Below are positions 35,201 through 44,524 of a stretch of 56,001 nt of DNA, in pieces. The first letter of the stretch is position 1; each line of letters begins with the position of its first letter. The notes beneath the pieces were generated by a model. The model was not told where the DNA came from and did not search any database. It saw only the letters and a program-made list of their open reading frames with translations. A program made the translations under genes and the position numbers. Location: positions 1-56,001 of the IMG/VR virus record IMGVR_UViG_3300032282_003292; one strand, given 5' to 3'. Source of the DNA: a virus. Lineage: Duplodnaviria > Caudoviricetes.

Positions 35201-37756
35201 TTATGCGTTAATAAAATCTGAATAATGACCGCTATTTGATAAAGGATTGAGCCCACGACTTGTATTATCAGTTGCAGGCAAAGCAGAAGAAGATGTTTTA
35301 GTTTGTTGACTTGAAGGTAAAGTTAATGCAACTATATTGGGTACACCAGAAATAAAATTATCAGTAGCTATATCACCAGAAGAAGTTCTAGCAGAATTCC
35401 TAGGATTAAAAGAAACTTTATCGTCTGGTTTACTTATAGAATCGGTTTGCATATATTGTTCAAATGCTTGTAATATTTTTGGTGCCTGAACAGTATTAGA
35501 TTTCATATCAATTTTTTGATTGTTTGAATTATAAAAATCAAAACCATGTGTTGTTTTATATGCCTGCACTTTACCGTAGCCAGGAACATTAAAATATTTT
35601 TTTACATTGGGTTGAATAATATTGTCATAACTAATAAGTTGTTGACCAAGATCAACTGGAGCTATTGGGGTAGTGGGTGTTTGTTGTACTGGGGCTAAAG
35701 ATCCAACTTGAGTTCCTATAGGCATAACTCTTTGCAGAAATTTATGTTTATTAGCAGTAGAAGCAGTCGGCAAAGGTGCTCCAGATATATGGTCAGTGAA
35801 TGGTATGCTGTTAGCACTTGTTGGATTATAATAAGTTTCAGATAAAGCTAATGCATTAGCTTCTGCTTCCGATTTCCCAGACGCTATAGCATTTTGTTTT
35901 ATTTTAGCTGGATCTAATCCACCTCCTCTAATCGCAGCGTTTAAAGAAGTAAGAGCTTGTTTTTCACTAATACCAGGAAGTTTTGGTATTGATTGACTAT
36001 ACTGACCAGTGGCCATTAAAATATCACTTATAGTAACTTCTGATGCTTTTTTTCCAGTAACCCCCCATGCTTCTGGAGTTACTAATCCTTGTTTTATTTC
36101 TCTTTGTCTATTCAAAATAGAATTTAAAACATGAGCAGTTCCTTCTTGTGAAGTTCCTGCTTCAGCATTTAACATTTTACCCAACAAAATGGTGTCCTGT
36201 TGACTCATTCCTTGTAGACTAACTGGAGATAAATCAGGATTGTCACCTGGAGGTGGAGGAGGATTAGTAGGAATTTCATCAACTTTTTTACCAAAGCTTT
36301 CGAGAAGTTTAGAAAACCCTTCAGTAAGTTTAGCTATGATATCTTTTTTGCCAAGAGAATCTTCTTCTGGTTTTTTGATATTTGTCAATCCAGATTTTGC
36401 TTTACGTGTTAGCGATGCAGGTAATCCAAAAGAATCTGCAATTGGTTTTGTTATTTTTTCTATTTCTGGAGAAATATTTTCCCCAGCAGAACCCATTGAT
36501 TTCATCATTTGTGTAGTTGTTGCTAATATAGTTCCGCCAGTAGCCATCATTGGAAGAGACATAGCATCAACAAGTGGTTGAGCTATTTTAGAACCAGAAG
36601 TTGTTCCTCCACCAGCAATTCCCATCATATTAGTAATACCAAATCCCATTCTTCCTCCAACAGGAGAATAACCAGTTCCTCTTTCGTATGGTTTTGGTCT
36701 TCTAATTCCATCAACGGCACTTGGCTTTCCTTCTGTGTATCTATTTTTCAAAGGCACAACCATCTCATCTCCATGAAGCTTTGCCAGATATCCAGTATCT
36801 GGTCCAGAAATTATTCCACCTCTTTCCGCTTGAGGATAACCATAAGCTTCCATCTGTTTCATTTCTGCTTCTCTAGCAGATCCAACACCAATATTTTGAA
36901 TATTAGTTATAGAAGTAGTTGGTGTTATAGTTTCTGTTGTATTAGATTCATTAACTTTTGTTGATAAATTATCTGGAGTTTCTGATGCAGCAACATCTCT
37001 TTGCTGAGCTAGTTTTTGTTTTTGTTCATAATCTTTTGATGTATCAATAGTTTGTTTTTGGAATTGAGTTTGATTGTTAATAGCATTTATTAATGCGTCA
37101 AGTTTATCTTCTATAGTATTATTTCTAACTTTTAATTGCTCTGCTATATCTGCTTGAGCAACAGAAGATCTCATAATACCAGAAGAAACTTGCTCACTAT
37201 TTTTTCCAAGTTTTTCTGCTGTTTTATTTAATGAATCTATTAATATATTAAATGTACTTAATATTTCTTCTCTTGATATTCTGCTTGTTCTTCTAGTAGT
37301 TGCTTTTTGTATTTTTTTAGCAGTACTAGGAATTTTTTTATCTACTGCCTTTACTGAAGGATTTCCATCAGTATAATCAAATAATTTTCTAAAACTTTTT
37401 ACCTTTTTGGGTTTTACTTCAACATTTATAAATTTTCTTTTTAATAAAGCTCCAATAGCTTTGGGATTGTTTTTTATTCTATTTGCTAATTTTATATTTT
37501 TACCAATTCCTTTTACTTTAGAAATTTTTTCTCCAATTTTTTCTCCGCCAAATTCATGCTTTAAAGCTTTCTTGAAAAAATGTCCTTCTTTTATTCCAAG
37601 TTCTTCTAAAGTTACTCCTTGTTCTAATGCTTTCTTTTCAGCATAATTTCTTTCATCTTCTGCCAGTTGTCTTGCAATAAGAACTTTTTGCACTAGATTT
37701 CCTACGGGATTTTTATATCCTCTAGTATCTTGTGGGGTTTCTAATCCAGCAGTCAT
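35201..37756 (-). CDS. gp29/tape-measure-like virion protein with SleB-type cell wall hydrolase domain
   Basis: Coiled-coil N-half; L.K...AEAG...V...ILNR...I..I....GQYS...YY...HKF Hydrolase_2 motif. Confidence 0.7.
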   Translation of the reverse strand: MTAGLETPQDTRGYKNPVGNLVQKVLIARQLAEDERNYAEKKALEQGVTLEELGIKEGHFFKKALKHEFGGEKIGEKISKVKGIGKNIKLANRIKNNPKAIGALLKRKFINVEVKPKKVKSFRKLFDYTDGNPSVKAVDKKIPSTAKKIQKATTRRTSRISREEILSTFNILIDSLNKTAEKLGKNSEQVSSGIMRSSVAQADIAEQLKVRNNTIEDKLDALINAINNQTQFQKQTIDTSKDYEQKQKLAQQRDVAASETPDNLSTKVNESNTTETITPTTSITNIQNIGVGSAREAEMKQMEAYGYPQAERGGIISGPDTGYLAKLHGDEMVVPLKNRYTEGKPSAVDGIRRPKPYERGTGYSPVGGRMGFGITNMMGIAGGGTTSGSKIAQPLVDAMSLPMMATGGTILATTTQMMKSMGSAGENISPEIEKITKPIADSFGLPASLTRKAKSGLTNIKKPEEDSLGKKDIIAKLTEGFSKLLESFGKKVDEIPTNPPPPPGDNPDLSPVSLQGMSQQDTILLGKMLNAEAGTSQEGTAHVLNSILNRQREIKQGLVTPEAWGVTGKKASEVTISDILMATGQYSQSIPKLPGISEKQALTSLNAAIRGGGLDPAKIKQNAIASGKSEAEANALALSETYYNPTSANSIPFTDHISGAPLPTASTANKHKFLQRVMPIGTQVGSLAPVQQTPTTPIAPVDLGQQLISYDNIIQPNVKKYFNVPGYGKVQAYKTTHGFDFYNSNNQKIDMKSNTVQAPKILQAFEQYMQTDSISKPDDKVSFNPRNSARTSSGDIATDNFISGVPNIVALTLPSSQQTKTSSSALPATDNTSRGLNPLSNSGHYSDFINA

Positions 37757-37777
37757 TTATGTATTCCTATACTTGTG

Positions 37778-37784
37778 TATTTAG
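37778..37784 (-). promoter_or_regulatory. late promoter CTAAATA
   Basis: 22 bp upstream of 37756 start. Confidence 0.55.
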
Positions 37785-40700
37785 TTAGCACCAAGACGAA
37801 GCATAAGTAAATTTCTAGCAGAAGAATTAAGTTCAGTAGTGGATCTCCAAGAACCATCTCCGATAGATTCAAAACTAGTTGAAGTAGAACCATTAATTGT
37901 TGGAGCTGATGCTTGATTAATAATTAAAAATTTTGTATCTTCCTTTTTATCAGGTCCTTGTAGAGTTTGAAATTTAGTTTTTTGAGATGGAGGGTGTAAA
38001 TTTAATCCAACTGCAATAGATCTTTCAAGAGGAGCAGTTAATGCATTTAATTGATCAGCAGAAACTTTATTAGATTTTACATTTTTTTGTAATTCAGGAG
38101 ACATATTACCCAATTCAAATATACCTCCACCTCTATTACTCAAAGCAAGATCTCTAAATCCTCTATCATATGCTCCATAATTTTTAGCAAAATAAGCTTC
38201 AACAGGATTCATTTCAGACTTAGAAGTAATAACTCCTCTACCCTTTCCCTCACCAGATTCAATAGAAGCATCCATATGCACTTCTAAAATTTCCCACCCT
38301 TCTTTTTCTTTTTGTTTGTACCAATCTTTTTGTTTATTCCAACCAGAATCATCATCAGTAAACATTGAATCTGGATCCATATATTGAATATTTGCAGAAG
38401 GGTATTTGGATTTTAAATTATCATAAGCATTTTTTGCCAACATTCTTACAAGAGATTTTTCTTCTGGAGCACCACCACCAGAAGCATGACCAGGAACAAT
38501 TAAATAACCCTTATTTCCTACCCCAGAAGTTTGACCAAAATCTTGATTGCTCACGACACCTTGTTTACCAAGACCTTTTGCAGTTGGTAATGATTTATTT
38601 GCAGTTGTTTGTTGAGCTTGGTATGCTTGTTGCCTTGTTTTTTCAATTTCACCTTGAGGACCTTTTCTAAGTTCTTTTAAAATATAATCACCAATTTCTC
38701 TTGCTTTCGAATGTGCTTGGTGTGATCCTGGTTTAAAAAAATCTAAACTTGTATGAGCACCAGTACCACTTCCAACTTGTGGTCTAGTTCTAGGATCAGC
38801 AAATTCTTGTTCTGTTGCCATTCTACCAAGATCTTGACCAACTGATACTTGATCTCCTTGATTAACTTTTATTTCTCCTTGCGGGAAATGTGCATATAAC
38901 ATATCAACTTGAGATCCATCAACAGGATTTGTGGATCTTATTACAACATAATTACCATACCCAGCACCCTTCCTATTATCCCCACCCGTTACATTTGGAT
39001 TATATTGATGATCAATTTCAACCACAGTACCAGCAAAAATTGCTCTATTTTGAGTGCCTTTTAAAGTAAAATCAATTCCTGCTTGCCCAGGATCTTGACT
39101 ACCACCAAGCAATACAAACGGTTCAGCACCTACTTGTCCTGGGGGACCAGGGGGTAATAAAGGATTTCTAAAATTCAAAAATTTTGTTTTAATATCATCA
39201 ATTATTTTTAAAAATTTTCCTTCGGGATCTATCATTTTATAAAGCATCTCAGAAAATATAGTTTCATTAGGAGTATTCATAAGATCTTTTTCTTCCAAAG
39301 ATAATTCATCAGTAGAAGTTTTTGTTTTGAATTGTTTAAATGTAGAAGATAATCCTGACATATTTCCACCAACAGGAGTAGTAACAACTACATTTGGAAC
39401 ATCATATATTTTTGTTAAAGGAGATGCCACTTGTTTTATCATTGGCGCTATAGAACTTGCTTCTGGACCAGCATTTTTCATGTAATTGAGAGTTGCTGAT
39501 AATAAGATTCCTCCAATAGGATCAACTGGTGTTGTACGATTCTTAGGAATAACCGCTTCGGTGCCATGAAGCATAGATATTCCTGGTTTAGTAAGACCAC
39601 CAACTTCATAATCTCCTTCTTTTATTCCTAATGCATCGGCAAAGAAGGCTGCTATGTGTTCATTACCATTTCCAGTAGTAATATCACTTAAATTAGACTC
39701 AATATGTTTTGTGTATGCTGTAGTATCTAAATCTCTAAGCACATCAATCGCAGCAAATCCCCATCCAGCTACTGGAATCGCACTACCAAAAGATAAAAAT
39801 CCTCCTTTAATATCACCCATAGCCATACGAGCAAGACCTTCCCCAAGACCATAAACAGTAGAAATTCCAGGAATTAATTTACCAGCTAGTTTAACAGATA
39901 GTTTTTCTGCACCTTCTTTTCCTAATTTTTTAACTAATGCTTCCTGAACCTTACGACTTTTTAAGATTTTAATTAAAATATTATCTGTTTGAGTAGAAAA
40001 TGCTTTGGCTATTGGTTTATCTACAGAAGAAGCAACTGATTTTTCTACTCCAGGTAATGCAATATGTTCCCATCCCTTTACTACTCCTGTTCTTGCTACT
40101 GTTGTTGCTACCTTTGGAGCTAATCTTTGAGAAGCTTTATTAATTATTGATCTAGAAATTTTAGATGCTATTTTTGATGGTAGTTTAGCAATTTTATTAA
40201 TTCCAAATAAAACTGATTTTAATCTAGCTGGTATATGTTTTTCTATCAAACGCCACAAAAATTTACCAACATTAGTTTTAAAGAATTTTCTCAGTTTACT
40301 AATAAAACCAGAACCATTAGAAGAATTATTTAAATTTCTAGTATCAATTGGAGTTTCTAATCCAGAAACTTTTCTTGATCTTTCCAATGCAGTTTCATTT
40401 CTTTTAAATTCTTGTTTATCATATACTTCTTTTGCTAAGTGATTTTGATTTAAATATGCATCAGTTAAAGCATCAATTTTGTTCGCTAAAATTTGATCCT
40501 GTTCTTCTACTCTTTCAATTGCTTTAAAAGATAACTCTATAGAATTCCTTAATAAATTATTTTGTTCTTGTAAAGAAGCATCTATAGAATTTAATTTATT
40601 TTGTATCTGTGTTATTCCAGTAGTCAAAAATTTATATATTTTACTATTACTTACTGAAGATGATTTGTTAGTTTTTTCTTGTTGTGGTATAACTTCCCTA

Positions 40701-42403
40701 CCAGTTTTTTTATTGATGTGATTTGCCAAAGCTTCTCGCAATCCTTCTGGCAAATCATCAAGAACATCCTCATTGATTTCTTCGGTAGTTTTTTCTTGAG
40801 CAATATCATTCAATAATTCATCAAGCCCTTCAGGTTCTTCTTCGTTTTCATCATCTTGAGCATCAGTTTCATAAATTTTTTTAATTCTTTCTTCTAGTCT
40901 TTTTGCTTCTTCTTCTTTAAATTTTTCTAGTTTTTCTTGGTCTTTTCTAAGAAGTTCATCAATAGCATCCATGATGCCATCAGAAGTTTCTTCTAAAGCA
41001 TCTTCTGCTTTATGAATAATATTATCAAAAATTTCTTTTTGATCATCTACAAATTTTTCTCCAGGTTTATATACAGAAGTTTCTGATCCCATGTAGACTT
41101 CCATTTCAAACTTAGGATCTATCCTAGGAATTTTAAGATAAGGATAATTTCCTCCTTCCCACGCTCCTGGAGTTAGTTCTCTAATCTTATCGAGAATTTT
41201 TTCTCTATGCTCAGAAATTTCTTTGTATGTTAATCCTAAAGTATCCTGAAGCCAATCTAATATTTCTGCTTGCTTTGCTCCTTTAGGAAACGGAGATTTG
41301 CCTGCAAAATATATTGCGTGATCTAAAATAGATTCAAAGTCTAATTCCCAAACTCCTGATTGCCCCTGAATATATCGTGCAGCAGGAACGTTAATATCGT
41401 CCAGAGGAATTACTGCCTCCGTTCCATGTAGTATTATCGGATATCCAGATTCAGGACCAGAGAATACTCCTCCTTCTGATGCTTGTGGAATAGTACCTTT
41501 GAAACTATACTTTTTATTAATAGAAGAAGCAATTCCAGAAGTTTTAGATGCAATAGATGTTTTAGGTACAATAGTTCGTATTTTTTTAGGATTTTTTGTA
41601 TTAATTTTGAGTGTTTTATCTAAAGCACTATAAAAATTTCCAACATCAGTATAGTCATTTTCAACATGATGAGCTATGATTTCTAAATTATCAAAATATT
41701 CTCTTTCTTTTTTATCGTCACCTTCAATAGCTTCATATCCTCGTAATATAATATTGAAATCAACTCCTTTCTTTTTACAAATAACTTTTATAGCATTTAT
41801 TAATATTTTTTTATATACTTTATATGAATTAGTATCAGTAAATAAATGTGCAATTAATCCCAATGATCCTTCAGTTGGATCATTGTTATTTCCAAAAAAG
41901 GTTTCAAAAAAAGTTATTGCATAACCTTTACGTGCTTGTCCGTAATCAAGAATTTTAACTTGATAATCATTAGTAATAAAAATATTACCAGCATGAAGAT
42001 CTCGTTGAGCAATATTTTTCCTATGTAAAGCTCCAATTGCTTCTACAATTTTTCTAAAAATATAATCAGCAAAAACAGGATCATTTTTTATTTTCTTCAA
42101 CCATTCCGAAAGAGGTTTGCCTTCAAATTTTTGCATCGTAGCAAATCCTTTTCCAGATCCAAGTAACTTAGGAGCAACTCCTATGCCACTAGTTTCTTGA
42201 AGCATTTGTATTTCATTTTCTAGGCTCGGTAACCCTCGTGAGTGAGATACTTTTACAGCATTACCCTTAGAAGAATATACTGTGCCAAAAGCTCCTTGAC
42301 CAAGTTTTTTATCTCCAAATATACTAAAAGCCGTATTGTAGCCAAAAAGTTTCCCAGCTAATCTAATTCTTTTTGATAGTTTAAACTGTGTGGAAGATTT
42401 CAT
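37781..42403 (-). CDS. gp29/tape-measure-like virion protein: N-terminal protein kinase, M23-like and Amidase_3 domains
   Basis: GQGAFG/AVK/E/RDLHAGN/DYG kinase motifs; GYGNYV..YAH..GSGTGAH M23-like; PGH..E..EVH..FELG amidase. Confidence 0.8.
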   Translation of the reverse strand: MKSSTQFKLSKRIRLAGKLFGYNTAFSIFGDKKLGQGAFGTVYSSKGNAVKVSHSRGLPSLENEIQMLQETSGIGVAPKLLGSGKGFATMQKFEGKPLSEWLKKIKNDPVFADYIFRKIVEAIGALHRKNIAQRDLHAGNIFITNDYQVKILDYGQARKGYAITFFETFFGNNNDPTEGSLGLIAHLFTDTNSYKVYKKILINAIKVICKKKGVDFNIILRGYEAIEGDDKKEREYFDNLEIIAHHVENDYTDVGNFYSALDKTLKINTKNPKKIRTIVPKTSIASKTSGIASSINKKYSFKGTIPQASEGGVFSGPESGYPIILHGTEAVIPLDDINVPAARYIQGQSGVWELDFESILDHAIYFAGKSPFPKGAKQAEILDWLQDTLGLTYKEISEHREKILDKIRELTPGAWEGGNYPYLKIPRIDPKFEMEVYMGSETSVYKPGEKFVDDQKEIFDNIIHKAEDALEETSDGIMDAIDELLRKDQEKLEKFKEEEAKRLEERIKKIYETDAQDDENEEEPEGLDELLNDIAQEKTTEEINEDVLDDLPEGLREALANHINKKTGREVIPQQEKTNKSSSVSNSKIYKFLTTGITQIQNKLNSIDASLQEQNNLLRNSIELSFKAIERVEEQDQILANKIDALTDAYLNQNHLAKEVYDKQEFKRNETALERSRKVSGLETPIDTRNLNNSSNGSGFISKLRKFFKTNVGKFLWRLIEKHIPARLKSVLFGINKIAKLPSKIASKISRSIINKASQRLAPKVATTVARTGVVKGWEHIALPGVEKSVASSVDKPIAKAFSTQTDNILIKILKSRKVQEALVKKLGKEGAEKLSVKLAGKLIPGISTVYGLGEGLARMAMGDIKGGFLSFGSAIPVAGWGFAAIDVLRDLDTTAYTKHIESNLSDITTGNGNEHIAAFFADALGIKEGDYEVGGLTKPGISMLHGTEAVIPKNRTTPVDPIGGILLSATLNYMKNAGPEASSIAPMIKQVASPLTKIYDVPNVVVTTPVGGNMSGLSSTFKQFKTKTSTDELSLEEKDLMNTPNETIFSEMLYKMIDPEGKFLKIIDDIKTKFLNFRNPLLPPGPPGQVGAEPFVLLGGSQDPGQAGIDFTLKGTQNRAIFAGTVVEIDHQYNPNVTGGDNRKGAGYGNYVVIRSTNPVDGSQVDMLYAHFPQGEIKVNQGDQVSVGQDLGRMATEQEFADPRTRPQVGSGTGAHTSLDFFKPGSHQAHSKAREIGDYILKELRKGPQGEIEKTRQQAYQAQQTTANKSLPTAKGLGKQGVVSNQDFGQTSGVGNKGYLIVPGHASGGGAPEEKSLVRMLAKNAYDNLKSKYPSANIQYMDPDSMFTDDDSGWNKQKDWYKQKEKEGWEILEVHMDASIESGEGKGRGVITSKSEMNPVEAYFAKNYGAYDRGFRDLALSNRGGGIFELGNMSPELQKNVKSNKVSADQLNALTAPLERSIAVGLNLHPPSQKTKFQTLQGPDKKEDTKFLIINQASAPTINGSTSTSFESIGDGSWRSTTELNSSARNLLMLRLGAN

Positions 42404-42564
42404 CTTTTATTATTTGCTTCCCGTTTTGCTTCTTGTTCTTGTAAATATTGTTTTAATAAAGCAATGTAAACTTCTCGTTCCCAAGGGATTAAATTTTCAA
42501 CTTCAGTCAAAGAATACTTATGATATTGTAATAGAGCAAAATTAGTTTTATAATACCCTTCCAA
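42400..42564 (-). CDS. gp51-like baseplate hub assembly protein (no ATG; probably translated as -1 frameshift extension of gp26)
   Basis: Read manually: LEGYYKTNFALLQYHKYSLTEVENLIPWEREVYIALL; missing from ORF track. Confidence 0.8.
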   Translation of the reverse strand: MEGYYKTNFALLQYHKYSLTEVENLIPWEREVYIALLKQYLQEQEAKREANNKR

Positions 42565-42581
42565 ACTATTTTGAAAGAGTG

Positions 42582-43295
42582 CTATGCGAAAAAATTCTGA
42601 AGCCCCTCAATAGTATACGATGATTTTATATTAGTGTTTGGATTAACAACTTCAAACTCATGTTTTAATCTAGGCATTGTATCATAAAATTTTTGTACTT
42701 GTTCAAATTGTTTTATAGTTAATGTGTCAAGAAATTCCAAAAATTCTTTTTTTGTTGTTGTACTTGAATCGTATACTACATCTTTATCAAAAATTTGTTC
42801 CATATGATCAGCAATAAAATCAAAAACTTCAGTAGTTTTCAAATCTTTTCCTAAAAATTCGGCTTCTATAAATCTTTTCATACTAGGATATTTCATAATA
42901 ATACCAGTATCATCAGATAACATAATTTTATTTGTATGCCCCTCTGGTTTATAAATTTGAACATCATTTATATTAATATCAACATCAACTTGAGTAGTGT
43001 TATCATCTTGACACGTAACTTTCATATTGATAATTTCTCCCACAGAAGCAGCTCTAATTTTCAAAAACAAATATTCTAAATCAAATGAAGGAAGATCATC
43101 AACCTTAATTCTAGTAATAACACAATTTTTTAATAGCTCTTTGACTGCACTAGTAATTTGAGCATCATCTTCAGATTCCAATGCAAGTAAAAGAATTTTT
43201 TCTTCTTTAACGAGAAAAGGTCTATATTTAATATCCTTTCCAGAAGAAGGCAATTTCAATTCAAGAGAAGGAATTCCAATTTTAGGTAAAGTCAT
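42582..43295 (-). CDS. gp26-like baseplate hub assembly protein
   Basis: LPS.G..IKYRPFLVKEEKILL, FD.EYLFL.IRA.SVGE, IEGLQNFF. Confidence 0.9.
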   Translation of the reverse strand: MTLPKIGIPSLELKLPSSGKDIKYRPFLVKEEKILLLALESEDDAQITSAVKELLKNCVITRIKVDDLPSFDLEYLFLKIRAASVGEIINMKVTCQDDNTTQVDVDININDVQIYKPEGHTNKIMLSDDTGIIMKYPSMKRFIEAEFLGKDLKTTEVFDFIADHMEQIFDKDVVYDSSTTTKKEFLEFLDTLTIKQFEQVQKFYDTMPRLKHEFEVVNPNTNIKSSYTIEGLQNFFA

Positions 43296-43320
43296 ACGAT
43301 TAGTAAAGATTTCATATCAT

Positions 43321-43327
43321 TATTTAT
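43321..43327 (-). promoter_or_regulatory. late promoter ATAAATA
   Basis: 26 bp upstream of gp26 start. Confidence 0.55.
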
Positions 43328-44052
43328 CCAGTATAACCATTAGATATATTGTTGTATATTATAGTATGTTTTCTATAATAAAAATTGGCACTGACTTTTG
43401 TTATTTGCGAAGTGCCATATGAAAGTGGAATAGCATCTATTGAATATGGATAACACTCTTGAATCAAATAACTAATTGGTGCTCTACTATTTGGAGCACT
43501 TTTACCTTTTTCTGTTTTAGTAATTCTAACGTCACACAAATATCGTTCTGGAAAATTTAATCTTACTGCTCTATCAATTTGATTAGCTTTAAGTGATTTT
43601 ATTTTTTCTAAATTTTTTGCAGTAGTAGTATTATTAGTAATAGCTTCATCTTTTGAATATGCACCAAAGATATAATCATACCATGCAGTCAAAAATTTTA
43701 ACGGTGTCATATTTGAATCACACATCCAAGATAAACTAAAATCACTATAAAGTTTTGTGTGTGGATAACTAATTGCACCTTCTCCCATTATAACTCCAGT
43801 AACTTGTCCAGTAGCAGATTGAACATTTGGCAACTGAGCTTCATCACACAAATGTTTTATTAAATATCCTGGTGAAGATGGGTCGGAATTTTTAGTTGGA
43901 TCTCCCCCAATTGCTCTAGTAATAGCTCCAAGCAATCCTGCTGTCTTTGGATTACTACTTAGTTGAAACTCAACATCATATCCATTTGTCATGGACATGC
44001 CACCAGCTTTTGATATTGCTGTTAGAAAACTACTTATTGATGATTGAGCCAC
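43324..44052 (-). CDS. gp54-like baseplate tail-tube initiator (tube fold)
   Basis: LCDEAQLP, YP.SI..IPLSYG..QI.KV...F.Y; synteny with gp4/gp26. Confidence 0.75.
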   Translation of the reverse strand: MAQSSISSFLTAISKAGGMSMTNGYDVEFQLSSNPKTAGLLGAITRAIGGDPTKNSDPSSPGYLIKHLCDEAQLPNVQSATGQVTGVIMGEGAISYPHTKLYSDFSLSWMCDSNMTPLKFLTAWYDYIFGAYSKDEAITNNTTTAKNLEKIKSLKANQIDRAVRLNFPERYLCDVRITKTEKGKSAPNSRAPISYLIQECYPYSIDAIPLSYGTSQITKVSANFYYRKHTIIYNNISNGYTG

Positions 44053-44053
44053 T

Positions 44054-44080
44054 CTAAATATCTTTGAAGACCTATTTATA
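44054..44080. promoter_or_regulatory. face-to-face late promoters: CTAAATA (+, 44054-44060) and TATAAATA (-, 44073-44080)
   Basis: 31-bp spacer between divergent gp54 and gp4 contains both boxes. Confidence 0.7.
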
Positions 44081-44083
44081 TTT

Positions 44084-44521
44084 ATGGCTTATTCTGGTAT
44101 TTACAAACCATCAAATCCAAAAAAATATAAGGGCAATCCCCAAAGAATTATCTATCGTTCTTTGTGGGAAAGAAAGTTATTTGTTTATTGCGACACAAAT
44201 AAAAATGTGGTCGAATGGGGTAGCGAAGAAATTATAGTGCCATATATTTGTCCAACTGATGGTAAAGCACATAGATATTACCCAGATGTTTATATAAAAA
44301 TATTAAGTAATACAGGTGAATACAAAAAATATATTATTGAAGTAAAACCAAAGCGTCAAGTTGAAGGACCAGATCCCAATCCAAAAAGAAAAACTGCTAA
44401 TTGGAAAAAAGAAATTAAAACATTTATAAAAAATCAAGCTAAATGGAAAGCTGCTAGAAAATATTGTGAAGATAGAAAAATGGAATTTGTAATATTAACA
44501 GAAGACCACCTAAAGGTATAA
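44084..44521 (+). CDS. gp4-like head completion nuclease
   Basis: Y.P.NP.KY.G....I.YRS.WE, W.SEE, HRY.PD, IEVKP, NQAKW.AA, TE..L. Confidence 0.92.
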   Translation: MAYSGIYKPSNPKKYKGNPQRIIYRSLWERKLFVYCDTNKNVVEWGSEEIIVPYICPTDGKAHRYYPDVYIKILSNTGEYKKYIIEVKPKRQVEGPDPNPKRKTANWKKEIKTFIKNQAKWKAARKYCEDRKMEFVILTEDHLKV

Positions 44522-44524
44522 AAA

